This document shows, piece after piece, positions 1-13,500 of a stretch of 64,000 bases of DNA; position 1 is the first letter of the stretch, and every line of letters begins with the position of its first letter. A program made the translations under genes and the position numbers. The notes under the pieces are model-generated. The model was not told the DNA's origin. It ran no database searches and saw nothing but the letters and a program-made list of their open reading frames with translations. Location of the stretch: the NCBI RefSeq assembly GCF_964355755.1, contig NC_092680.1, positions 5,022,001 to 5,086,000 of the forward strand, in the 5' to 3' direction. This DNA comes from Antedon mediterranea. Taxonomy: Eukaryota > Animalia > Echinodermata.

Positions 1-210
1 ATTATTATATAAACTGTTTACAGTATTTATGTTAAGGTTAAATGTCAAAAGAGTTTAAACTCAAATATGGGAAGGAAAACTCATTAGTGTTATATCCATG
101 GTGCTAAGTATAGCTTTGTAAAGGTTAAATATGGAACGCAAAGTAAGCAATGTTTATTCTGTATATTGTTTAACTGAAACATTTTTTTTTTAACAATGTT
201 TTTTTTCTAG

Positions 211-3200
211 ATTGTGAACACAATCCTTCATCATGCATTTCCAAAAAAGCTTGAGCTTTTGTTTGCATTTTCCTTTCAACTGCCAACAAATTCTCAACCT
301 TTGTCCCCGACTGTCAACAATTCAGAAAAGAACCACAGCAAATCAAACGGACGATCAATCAACTTGACCAAGTTCTTTCGCACACCTCCCGTAGTGCCGC
401 CGTCCCCAACACTTTCTCTGAGTGAGGAGAGGCCTATCCGGACGCCTCAGTACCGCAAAGTTTCAGACTGGGAAGCTGAAATCAAGCGAACCAATGGCAT
501 TAATCTTAGGGTTACATTGGCCAATCAGGCCTTCAAGATTTCTGACAGGTATGGTTATAAAAAATCTTAATGTTGATCTCAGTGCTGCTATACCGTTTTG
601 TTTTGCATTTACAGGTATAACACCATGTAATTTTAAGGGAAAGATTTCTCCTTATTTATAAAGGGTGACCCTAAACAGCATATGCTGACAATCAAGGGGC
701 CCTTTTAATGACCTTTAGGACCCAACTAAGTGTTCCCCTTAATATTTAAGTTTTACCAGAATAGGGGTTGGCTGTAGTTTTAAAACTTAGCATACCCCTC
801 CTTCATTCATTTTATGGAAAAGAGTCCCTTATTAAATAGAGTTCCAAATATAGAAATTATATTTTACTGTATATAATTGGAAATATAGTCACCGAAATCT
901 CTAACATGTTTTAATATCTATACAGTCTTCCAGAGTACTTTGTTATACCAATGGGATGTAAAGCCAAAGACAAGGATTCGTTACATGATGGTGATCTCCA
1001 TCACGCTGCTACACACTTTGAAGGTGGCAGAGTTCCGGTAGGTATACACTATTGGTAAATGGCCTAAGTGGGTTGGTCCTTGTAACCATGATACTAGATC
1101 ACATATGGTGCCTATTGACTGTATTCAGTTAGCACTTATGGACATTGCATGTTGATGCTTAAAACAATATCACTCCTGCATCCAACTATCACTATTGTTT
1201 GTATATATATATGCATTTTTTTTTAGCAGTCACTATTTAAGTGATAGTGGTAGGCTTGGCTTGTAATAATAATAATTTCATTGCTCAAATTATTTGACAA
1301 AAATACCAAATAAAAAGCTTGTTTTCATGATAAAAAGAACCCAACTTCCGATGATGGTTGTGTAGTTATTGTATTGGTGGTTTTTATTTATTTTTCTGGT
1401 GCAAATTGCCAACTTTGTGGTTAAAAGCTCTTGTCATCATTTTACAGACTTGGTAATGCATTTATTTTATCTATGTGATGATGTACATAAGTGCACATTA
1501 TATGATTAAAGGATAAAAGTCTTAAACTTTTTCAAAATGACTCAAATTTTGTTTATTTCACTTCACATATAAATAATATTAGCAATAGAATTCAAATGAT
1601 TAAAAAGGTTTAATTCTCTTTACAATATTTGAACAATAATAAACATTAAAATACAAAGAAAAGTAGAATGAGGCTTAGTACTGTATTTTGAGCATTCTTT
1701 ATTTTTTTATTTTGGTTTAATCAATTAAAAAACTCTATTTTACTATACTTAAGCTCTGTCTACACTATCAAACTTTATGTGACAACAAAATGTGATGTGT
1801 CCATATATGGACACTACCATATTTTAGCACATCACACTTTTTTTTGTCAAACTAGTTTGATACTATAGACAGATCTTTAGGTTTCTTTTTTTTCTTCTAG
1901 TTTTGGTGCTGGAGTCATCCCAACGGCAGTATGTTGATTCGTATGTCCCCACTTCGTCTCGATACCCCTCACCTTGATCAAGAAATAAGGTACAGTAACA
2001 TTTGAAAAGTTATTTGTATTTAACTATCTTTTTGCATAAATTAAAAGTCTCTTTTATATTCCCTCTCAGTATGTATGATGAGGCATAAAGCTCTGTCTAC
2101 ACTATCAAAACTAGTTTGACAAAAAAAGTATGATGAGTCTAAATATGGTAGTGATATGACATCATCATGTCCATATATGGACACATCACATTTTTTCTCA
2201 CATACCATTTTAAAATATAGACAGAGCTTTAATGTTCAGTAGCATTTAGTTTTATCTTCTAACGTTAATCCACAGAATGTTAAAAATAATCCAAGCTTCC
2301 CATCCATATGAAAAAAATCCTTTGACCCTTGACCTTAATGCGACCTGCCCGTCAATCAAGGATATTCAGTCAAGCTTTCAGAAGATCAGAGAATTATGTG
2401 TTCCAGGTAAGAAAATTTTCTAATTATTATTATTTAATTTCTTATTCACAATATTAATTATTATATATATATATATATGTTTTTTATATCTGTAAAATTG
2501 TACTCATTCCAGCCTTTGAATTAATTAAGCACTTCTTCTTTAAAAGCTTTTTAAATAATCATTTAGTTTTTAATTAATTTTTTTGCCTTTTTTTATTGTT
2601 CAATTATAAAGTAAATTGAGGAGGTATTTTAATGATTAGAATGTCAAATCCCTGTTTGATATCAGTGCTATAAATAAAAAATAAAAAATATATATTTCAT
2701 ACTGTAGATGCTATTATTACGATTAAATTATATATCAAGTAAATTAAAAATAGTTTTGGATTGTTTGATTACATTTTGTGTAAATTGCTTCTTTTTTTAG
2801 GTGCAAAAAGTAAGTTTGCAATAAATTCTCTGGCAATAATGCATGGATTAATGGTATTTTTACTGAATATTGTTTTTTAAAAGAATTTTCTAACCCTTTG
2901 CTTGAAAAATGCCTGGACAAATTTAGTGGAATTTTTTTTCGCAATCCTGGAAACTAAAACAATTAGTGATTGAAATAATTAATTATAATTTTCTTCAAAG
3001 TAAATAATATGGACTGAAGATTTTAAATAATGGTAACATTTTCGTTTTCCAATTCAGCTTGGGATAGTATTTGAATATAATTTTATACAGCATACACAAA
3101 GTTCATGTAGAGTGTAAACATTGTTGATAAAACTGTCAATAAGATAGCCTTTTCCTGTATCTAGCATCCATTTAACTGTAAACCTATTTAAACCACTACA

Positions 3201-6200
3201 TTTCTTGGAGTTAATAATAATTATGTCATTAATATCAAAATAATTAGTTTCTTTACTCAATAGGCTTAATTACAGTATAAAAGATCTAATACATAATTAC
3301 AGACTTAGTTACCAATTTTATTGATCTCAATTAAAATACAGTACTTTAATATTATATGTTTTAAAGTACATCTAGTTTCTGACACCTTGATGTCTGTTTT
3401 TTTAAAGTTTGTTTATCTTTAAATTTACTATAGCAACAGGTCAAACATTTTCTAGATCCAAAAGCGTTGTAAGAAGGAGAAGTGTGGACTACAGTAAATG
3501 TAGTTCAGCCACCCTCATGGGAATATTTCAAATGGGTTTGTTATTAAAACTAATTTTTAAATATAATTAAATTTGATAGATACAAGTCGGTTACATTTTT
3601 CTCAGAGTTCAAAATTCGACAAAAAAATCTGTTTTATTTATATATTTGTACCTGAACATTCATGTAAGGTTTTGTATAGATGTTGCCTCAACAAAATTAA
3701 AATTGCAATTTTTTTATAGGATGAATTTAATTAAAAAAACGTGACTTGTATGTACTACAAATTTGTTTATAAAATATTTGTTGAATTTGTTGTTACGATA
3801 CAACATATTTAACCCATTTACTAAATTAGAATGTAGTTTCCATGTACTGTACTAATAGTACTAGAAACCAGTAGAACATAGACAATAAATGACAAACTGC
3901 TTTTTTAAAGTGGTGTGCGGTTGTGGTTAAAAAGCTGATGCTCTATTAACACCTACTTACTGGGATTTTCCAAAATCTTTATAAATCTACTGCCCCTTTC
4001 CCTCTTCTATCCCTTTCCCCTCCTCTGTCCCCTTGCTCCACCTCTTCCCCTTCCCTCTCCTCCTTCCCCCTACATCCTCCCAACTTAAAAAAAAATAACG
4101 CAAAATGTGCATATAGAAATATTTATTATACTATAAATGAAAAAAATGTATCTTTCCCATCTTTTCAATTACTTTTTTTTTACTACCAGTAGAACCAAAG
4201 ACTTGAAAATAAGATGATCATCAATGTATAGCCAGCTCATTTACTGTACCATTTAAAAAAATTGTTTTTACCGCATCAACAGATCAACTGTAGTTCAAGA
4301 GAACAACATCATTCTATCATTGTTATACAATTTCTCTTCATCTTTATATAGATGTTAAAATCCTCACGCTCCTCAAGATTAAAAGCTATTGTATCTATTA
4401 ATTATATGCGAATAGTAATATAAACATCTCTGCCAGCCTTTTGCATGCTAAATGACATCATATTAAGCCCCGTCCGAAAATTGTTTCCTTTTTGCAGTGC
4501 ATTTGCATTTCCTGAATAAAGCATAATAATCCAGTTACAAGATGCTTTACATTTATATTTTTATTAATTGAAATTAGCGGTTAGGTTTAACAACGGTTGT
4601 GGTTGTAATTGTTATTTTTAGAAACTTGTTTTAACCTTCATTAGATGTTTAATATACATTTACCAAAATGATCTTTTTTTAGAAACATTTCTTACAGATT
4701 GTTTTGGTATTTTGATTTTAACTGCAATAAATTGCATTTTTTATTCATCTAATCATGCCAATCATCCAGACCATTGGTGATCATGTGACGCAATTAACAA
4801 TGAAAGAATATAAATATGTTGAGTTTCAGTGGCATTTTGAGTGAAAATTATTACTGTAAAGGCCAATTTACAATTACGAGCGGGAACGGTAAACAGAAAT
4901 CGCACATAGAAATCTGTATCTGGGTGTTTCCAAAGTTTGACATTCAAAGTCTAATAATCAATGCTAAATAGTATATCATGGTACTAAAAAAAACCAATAT
5001 ACACATTAAATCTGTTGTCGCCATGTAACAGCATTTTATCGTATCAACACCAAATTCACATTATCTATCCCTCTCCCTCTATATTATATGTTGTTATAAA
5101 ACTGTTTAAATTGGATTTTTAATAGCTTTTGGGATCTATCCTCAGCAGAAACCACCCGTATGCTCCGCACTTTGTGTACTGGAAATTGTCATAACAAATA
5201 ACTTAAATTCTATATTTTTTATTACCGTTACCGATCATCTGTGTAAATTGGCCTTAAAGCTGTAACTTTCTAAATATTGAAATGTTTTATTCTTATTTTT
5301 AAACAGAAACATTAAAGGAGTTTTGGAATTCAGACCCAAGGTGGTTGTCGAGTGTAGAGGCGACAAAATGGTTGCAGTATGTTCGGTAAGAACATTTTAA
5401 TTTAACAGTAAAGAATAATATGTGTAATGCTATGTGTAATTGAATATCGAGGCCTAAGACACTAACGAAAAAATAATAATTTATGTGTGTAATAATTGAT
5501 TTGACCTAGTGATACTGACTAATGTTCTGAAGAATACATACTTTATGCTTGACTAAATTAACTTCTTAAGCTCTGTCTACACTATCAAACTTTATGTGAA
5601 AAAAACAGTTGTGCCCATATATGGACATGATAATGTCCATATATCACTACCATATTATTTAGGAATATCACTACCGTACCATACGTGGGCGCATCATACC
5701 TATTTTAATAGACAGAGCTTAAAGAGTACATTTATAGCAAGGAAGCAAAGTAGATCAGAAGGATGAACACATCCTGATTGACTTTCCTTGGACGATTACC
5801 CTCAGGAGGTTTTCCAAGTTTAACTTGGCACCAGAAAGAACTAACCAGTGAATCACCTGTATTATAGGTGTAGTCCCACTTTCACAGCATTTTTACAGTA
5901 ATAAAATTATGAGACTGCTAAAACGTGGCTAAAAACACAAGTACTGTTTTTTGTTGAAGGTTCCATTACAACTGTGTTTGCCATTTACATGATAACTTTT
6001 TATATAGTATAGAAGAGATATTGATTTAACTATAGCACCTCCCACAGGTTACTCTCACTAACGTTGATACAGAATCATCCATTTACTTATTTCCATTTAT
6101 GAGTTATAGCCAGGGTGCAATTTTTTTTTTTACATAAGTTGGGGACCCCTTATGTGAAAGATAGCTGAACTTCTTCCTAAATATAACTAAACATTACTCT

Positions 6201-8229
6201 CTAAATAATCTCTCTTGCACTATAAAGTAAAAAGAAGTTGCTCATGTGATTTAAACCCTATACATAGACATGTAAAGTCCATAGTCTAATCTACTCGACT
6301 ACACAGACGGCTTGACAGAAAGCATTTGCATTAGCAAATTGTAGTTAGCTCAATTTTTACATCACTAATGACATTAATGCAAAACTTATGTACAAAAAGA
6401 AATGTTTTTTTTTCTAGAGCTTGTCTTTCAACTGCAGCATATGTAGCAACAACCATTGCACATGAACAGAAGTCTGTAGTTCTTAAAGGTAATCAAATAA
6501 TCATATTGATATTTATATAATTGAAATACATTTGTATTTTGTTGTTTTGTTTCATGCTGTTTATATTGACAAGAAGGCAAATTTCAAGCTATGAGTTTGA
6601 ACAAATAAATTGAATTAATGACTATATAAAACTTGTCCACATATGGCAAGCCGTAATTCAACGTTGTGATCTTTATTTGATCATCATCAGGAATGTATAT
6701 TGTCCATTTTTTTGGCTATAAATTAGCTTAGATTAGATTTTTTCAACATATCACTATAATTAATAGCAATGTAAACAATTAGAACTTCTGTTTCATTAAA
6801 AGGAAACAATTTCTGCTTTATTGTATTATTTATTTTGTGAGTTTTTCTTATAACTGAAATGTTTTTTTTTTAGAGTTTACTGGTCGAGACTTTTCTTGTA
6901 TAATCTCCTCATTAGTACAGCTAATGCTGGACCCATATGCAAGAACACAGATGGGATTCCAAAGTCTTGTCCAGCGTGAATGGGTCATTGCGGGTCATCC
7001 ATTCCTAACAAGATGTGGCCATATATGTCCATCAGATGGTCAAGAGGTAAATTTTGTTTTCTGTATTTATCATTGACCCTCATTGATTTGATGAACCACC
7101 ACCAACGGTGAAGTAGATAGCCTATTGTGATTGTTGTATCTTGGTAAGTGATGTGCCCATGGACATGATGATGTCATATCACTACCATATTTTGGCATAT
7201 CAACACCATATTTGGTCACATCACACTTTTTTTGTCAAACTAGTTTAATAGTGTGATGTTTAATTTTAAAATAAAACAGCCTTATTGTTTTTATTTTAGT
7301 CGCCTGTGTTTTTACTTTTCCTGGATTGTGTCTTTCAACTCATGGAACAGTTTCCCGACGTATTTGAGTTTACAGATACGTATCTGATAACTCTATGGGA
7401 TAGTACCCATATCGGTGTCTTTGGTACGTTCATATTCAACAACGAGAAACAGCGAGTGCAAACATGTATGCGTGGAGAAGATGGAAAAACGATTAAATTA
7501 CCAACAGTCTGGGCTTGGACGCTGCAATACAAAATGGAGGACCTTGCCTTGTTTAACAATCCGTTGTATGTTGCGAAACATGATGTTTCAGATAACTTTA
7601 TAAGTTCAAACACGATCGGATTTGAGGATAGCACGCAACTTGGTTGCAATCCGGGCGTTTATCGTAACTCTATGCATCTCTCCGAGCAAACAGCTGCAAT
7701 GTTTGAAGACTATGCAAAAATGAAACGAACTTTCAGCCTTCAACCTGGTAGAAAGAAACGCGGCGGTAACAGCGGAGCATCACGCCAGGTGTTTGAGGTA
7801 CCGGAAACACAGCTGGAATTAATTGTGCCGCGAATCAGTGGACCGTACATTAAATTATGGATGCGATCCTACCTTCGTTGGATACCCAGTATACATATAG
7901 TTGGTGGCGGTCTACCTACGCAATATCAACAGCAATGTAAAGTCGTCGATGAGATACAACAATTACGTGACCAAGTTGACCAGCTTCAGTCTAATTCCCC
8001 GTCAAGAGTGGAGAAACGGAGAAGCCGATTCTTTTTCTCTTGCGATAATGAAAGAGATGGAATGCACGGGGCTGACGTGGTTAGTTCTGCATTTCCGTTT
8101 ACAACTAGCGACCTAGCTTTTATTGGAGGTGACCGCAGATCTTTCATTGGAACTCCATTAGCCTTATTTTTGAGAGGTCAAAGTTTATTAGATGCTGATA
8201 CAAGTGCACTTGAAGGATTGGATGATTAA
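211..8229 (+). CDS. MTMR10: Myotubularin-related pseudophosphatase, MTMR10/11/12 subfamily (5' part lies upstream of the window)
   Basis: Phase-consistent GT-AG exons 211-548, 926-1037, 1901-1989, 2276-2406, 5307-5385, 6418-6488, 6874-7046, 7300-8229. Motifs SLPEYFVIP, FWCWSHPNGS, WLSSVEATKWLQYVR, VVLKEFTGRDFSCIISSLVQLMLDPYART..GFQSLVQREWV, SPVFLLFLDCVFQLMEQFP and C-terminal SSAFPF are typical of MTMR10/12; the catalytic HCSDGWDR is absent. The symbol is the closest recalled match within the subfamily. Confidence 0.92.
1752..1876. mobile_element. MITE family 1 (PIF/Harbinger-like, TIR AGCTCTGTCTACACTATCAAAC)
   Basis: TIRs at both ends flanked by TTA/TTA; about 18 full or partial copies in this window. 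Confidence 0.85.
2089..2228. mobile_element. MITE family 1 copy
   Basis: agctctgtctacactatcaaa ... tagacagagct with TWA flanks. Confidence 0.85.
3991..4081. repeat. Polypyrimidine/polypurine low-complexity tract
   Basis: C/T-rich run ccctttccctcttctatccctttcccctcc... in an otherwise AT-rich intron. Confidence 0.85.
4860..5254. mobile_element. Harbinger-like MITE, family 2
   Basis: TAA-AGGCCAATTTACA ... TGTAAATTGGCCT-TAA. Confidence 0.75.
5569..5719. mobile_element. MITE family 1 copy
   Basis: Same TIRs and internal gtgcccatatatggacatga core. Confidence 0.85.
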
Positions 8230-9371
8230 TTTGATCATGTTTGAAAAGAAACATTGATTTATTTCAAAATTATATGATTTCAATATTTATTTAAGTACTG
8301 TTCAATAAAATTAAGTTAATTAAATATAAGTTCTATTTATCTTTAAATGATATTTAATAAATCCTATTAAAATGGTATATTGGTGACTAATGATCGTGTG
8401 TATATATAGGAGTGTGTAAATGATATAGTATATAAAATGATAGTTTAATTGCAATTAAACCAATTATGTATTTCAATATAATCTGTTTTAATTTAAACAC
8501 TATTACTGATGGAGTATGTAATACATTGTATTGGGAAAAATATTTTAATATAATACATAGATTTATTATAAAATATTAATTTTAAGATTTCTATGGGACT
8601 TTTTTTCAAATGAATTTTTTTTTATTTTGGATTTTAATGTAAATATATTTGTACTTGACCAATTTTACTATAGTCAGATGCATGATTTGGTAAACTGTGT
8701 AATTTCAATTTCTAATTTTTAAAATGAAAACTAGAAGACAAGCATGTCTCATAATACTTTGCTACTATTTAAAATAAAATGTGAAAACTGTATTTTAAAA
8801 AAAAATAGAAACGTTGGGCCAAATCAACATTGTTTAAAACTGTTTGTATTTTGGGGACAGCAGAATCAGTATAGTACCACTAATAATACCACAACAGTTT
8901 TATTTATTTTTAAAAATTGTTTGCTTTTTTTCCTAGCATAAAATGATCTGAAACTTTAGAGAGCTCCAAGTGTACTACTAGTAATAATAGATTTTATTGT
9001 AATGAATTTTAAAAATGCCTTTATACAGGGAACAGTCTAAGTCTCCCGTAAATTTTATAATATTTTAAAATTCTTAATACCATAAATTCATTGTACTGAC
9101 CATCAGCAGTTTTTTAAAAATGTATGTTTTGAGAGTAAGATGACTAGATTATAATTATACACATGGATATTTTTCATTGTGTGATGGTTTATATGGCGAA
9201 ATTAATATGTTGATTTTCAGAACTATATTATAATGTACCACAAACTATTAGGACTATATCAACATAATCATTTCCCTATTAGCCATAACAAATTTAAAAT
9301 ACATATTCTGATAATTTTAAAAACTGTAGTTGCTTTATACAACTATATTATTAACTAAACAATATTTTACT

Positions 9372-9688
9372 TTATATAACACCTATATAAATTCCTGTCA
9401 TTTGATTGGACGAATGTGGGTCACATGGCGTGCAATAGTACGCACTATTCAACGATCGTTAAATAGTACTTTTTGAAACATTTTTGTGTACGAAAAAAAA
9501 ACGTCTAGATGTTATATAAAACAAATAATGAATGTTTTGTATTCGTGTAATGGTACAAATAATGGCACTTGGTGAATGATGAAAGGTTATATCAACTCGG
9601 CTTTGCCTCGTTGATATAACCTTTCATCATTCACCTCGTGCCATTATTTGTACCATTGCACTCATAAACATTCATTATTTGTATAATA
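9372..9688. mobile_element. Short element with a long 3' hairpin, Crypton-like non-autonomous element (tentative)
   Basis: Perfect 26 bp arms ggtgaatgatgaaaggttatatcaac (9571-9596) / gttgatataacctttcatcattcacc (9610-9635), loop tcggctttgcctc, imperfect extension from 9521 to 9682; 5' part ttatataac...tttgattgga. The hairpin is certain; the family is from memory. Confidence 0.55.
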
Positions 9689-10559
9689 TACAGTATACTT
9701 TTTAAGAAATACATTTTAGAAGTTACGCTGGTAAATATTGAAAATAATATTCATATCATAGATTATCATAAACAATCATTAATTAAGAATGAAAAACAAA
9801 CTATTTTTAATTAAATGTGATTATGTAGCCAATTCTCGGTACTGAATCCATAATTTTTTCAGTGTCATAGGCAAATTCCGTAACAAATAGTTGTATCACA
9901 TCCAACAACCTATCATAGGTCATATTCCTGGCCATAAAGATTAGTAACAAGGATGCAAGGGCATCACAATTAATTTGACCAATCACAAATTATAGATCAT
10001 TCACACTTTCGCTTGTGATTGGTCAACTTACTAACATGCTTAACGTACAGTAATACAGTGATACACAATGACAACGACTTTTATTTTCTTTGTACATATC
10101 AAATTTCAAAATGACAATAACAAATAAAAACTGATTTAGACAAAGAAAATGGAAAATCCAAAAACAAATGCTTATAAAAGAAAAAAACCTCATTTAATTA
10201 TCAATTCCATTAAATACACGAAAATCAGTCCTTTTTAAAGAAGAATGGGTTTACAAATTCTTAAATATGTTTAATTTTCTCATATTGTATAATTTTCAAG
10301 GAATAAATCATTTTTGTTAAAATGATGTAATTTAGTAATTACTCTGAATAAGATGATGACTACCTATATTTTAATATAGCTTATGAAGAGATAAGATTAT
10401 TGTTATTGATCCATAGGGAAAATTGTTAAATGCACCAAGATAACAACTTCATTTCAGGTGATGTAAATATATATACTGACAGTTAAAATCTTGAAAAGTA
10501 AAATTTAAATTTCTTAAAATTCACTGTAATTAATAGTTTATTTTATAACACTAGTTACA

Positions 10560-13500
10560 TTTTATGATTCTGCGCATGTCAATTTTGATATAGTTAGCCA
10601 GTTATGCAATAATATTGCCATATATGCACATCTATTGTGTTATCATCATCTTATAGAGCCCTAGTAACTACCTAAGTCATAAAATAAAAGGGTTTTTCAA
10701 AAAATAGAAAATTTTCGACCTTTTTATTTTTTGATAAAACTGGTTACTATAGCACAATTGACATGCGCAGAACCCATTATTCGCCTCTGCGCATGTTTAT
10801 TATGCAATAGTAACCATTTATGTCCAAATTAAAAGGGTCGAAAATCGGCCATTTTTCGAAATTTTTCCTATACTATAGTACAGGGATTTTTAAAAAAACG
10901 GCAAATTTTCGACATTTTTATTTTTCGATAAAACTGGTTACTATAGCACAATTGACATGCGCAGAACCCATTATTCGCTTCTGCGCATGTTTATTATGCA
11001 ATAGTAACTATTTATGTCAAAACTGGTTACCATAGAACAATTGATATGCGCAAAACCCATTATTCGTCTCTGCGCATGTTTATTATGCAATAGTAACCAT
11101 TTATGTCAAAAAATAAAAGGGTCGAAAATCGGCTATTTTTCGAACATTTTCCTGTACTATAGTACAGGGAATTTTCAAAAAATGGCAAGTTTTCGACCTT
11201 TTTATTTTACGATAAAACTGGTTACTATAGCACAATTGACATGCGCAGAACCTATTATTCGCCTCTGCGCATGTTTATTATGCAATAGTAACCATTTATG
11301 TCAAAAAATAAAAGGGTCGAAAATCGGTCATCTTTCGAAAATTTCCCTGTACTATAGTACAGGGATTTGTCAAAAAATGGCAAATTTTCGACCTTTTTAT
11401 TTTTCGATAAAACTGGTTACTATAACACAATTGACATGTGCAGAACCCATTATTCGCCTCTGCGCATGTTTATTATGCAATAGTAACCATTTATGTCAAA
11501 AAATAAAAGGGTCGAAAATCGGTCATTTTTCGAAAATTTTCCTGTACTATAGTACAGGGATTTTTCAAAAAATGGCAAATTTTCGACCTTTTTATTTTTG
11601 GATAAAACTGGTTACTATAGCAACATTGACATGCGCAGAACCCATTATTCACCCTGTGCGCATGTTTATTATGCAATAGTAACCATTTATGTCAAAACTG
11701 GTTACCATAGCACAATTGACATGCGCAGAACCCATTATTCGTCTCTGCGCATGTTTATTATGCAATAGTAACCATTTATGTCAAAAATAAAAGGGTCGAA
11801 AATCGGCCATTTTTCGAACATTTTCCTGTACTATAGTACAGGGAATTTTCAAAAAATTGCAAGTTTTCGACCTTTTTATTTTTCGATAAAACTGGTTACT
11901 ATAGCAACATTGACATGCGCAGAACCCATTATTCACCCTGTGCGCATGTTTATTATGCAATAGTAACCATTTATGTCAAAACTGGTTACCATAGCACAAT
12001 TGACATGCGCAGAACCCATTATTCGTCTCTGCGCATGTTTATTATGCAATAGTAACCATTTATGTAAAAAATAAAAGGGTCGAAAATCGGCCATTTTTCG
12101 AACATTTTCCTGTACTATAGTACAGGGAATTTTCAAAAAATGGCAAGTTTTCGACCTTTTTATTTTACGATAAAACTGGTTACTATAGCACAATTGACAT
12201 GCGCAGAACCTATTATTCGCCTCTGCGCATGTTTATTATGCAATAGTAACCATTTATGTCAAAAAATAAAAGGGTCGAAAATCGGTCATTTTTCGAAAAT
12301 TTTCCTGTACTATAGTACAGGGATTTTTAAAAAAATGGCAAATTTTTGACCTTTTTATTTTTCGATAATACTGCTTACTATAGCACAATTGACATTCGCT
12401 GAACCCATTATTCGTCTCTGCGCATGTTTATGCAATAGTAACTATTTATGTCAAAACTGGTTACCATAGCACAATTGACATGCGCAGAACCCATTATTCG
12501 TCTCTGCGCATGTTTATTATGCAATAGTAACCATTTATGTCAAAAAATAAAAGGGTCGAAAATCGGTCATCTTTCGAAAATTTCCTGTACTATAGTACAG
12601 GAATTTGTCAAAAAATGGCAAATTTGCGACCTTTTTATTTTTCGATAAAACTGGTTACTATAGCACAATTGACATGCGCAGAACCCATTATTCGCCTCTG
12701 CGCATGTTTATTATGCAATAGTAACCATTTATGTCAAAAAATAAAAGGGTCGAAAATCGGTCATTTTTCGAAAATTTTCCTCTACTATAGTACAGGGATT
12801 TTTAAAAAAATGGCAAATTTTTGACCTTTTTATTTTTCGATAAAACTGCTTACTATAGCACAATTGACATTCGCAGAACCCATTATTCGTCTCTGCGCAT
12901 GTTTATTATGCAATAGTAACTATTTATGTCAAAACTGGTTACCATAGCACAATTGACATGCGCAGAACCCATTATTCGTCTCTGCGCATGTTTATTATGC
13001 AATAGTAACCATTTATGTCAAAAAATAAAAGGGTCGAAAATCAGCCATTTTTCGAATTTTTTCCTGTACTATAGTACAGGGATTTTTCAAAAAAATGGCA
13101 AATTTTCGACACTTTTATTTTTCGATAAAACTGGTTACTATAGCACGATTGACATGCGTAGAACACATTAGTCGTCTCTGCGCATGTTTATTATGCAATA
13201 GTAACCATTTATGTCAAAACTGGTTACCATAGCACAATTGACATGCGCAGAACCAATTATTCGTCTCTGCACATGTTTATTATGCAATAGTAACCATTTA
13301 TGTCAAAAATAAAAGGGTCGAAAATCGGCCATTTTTCTAACATTTTCCTGTACTATAGTACAGGGATTTTTCAAAAAATGGCAAATTTTCGACCTTTTTA
13401 TTTTACGATAAAACTGGTTACTATAGCTCAATTGACATGCGCAGAACCCATTATTCGCCTCTGCGCATGTTTATTATGCAATAGTAACCATTTATGTCAA

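Noticed and set aside
3991-4081. Functional G-quadruplex or H-DNA
   Set aside because: G-runs exist on the minus strand, but it is an irregular low-complexity intronic tract with nothing else pointing to function.
10551-10554. CTAG at the array edge as a Helitron 3' end
   Set aside because: No subterminal GC hairpin at the expected distance and no identifiable 5' TC end.
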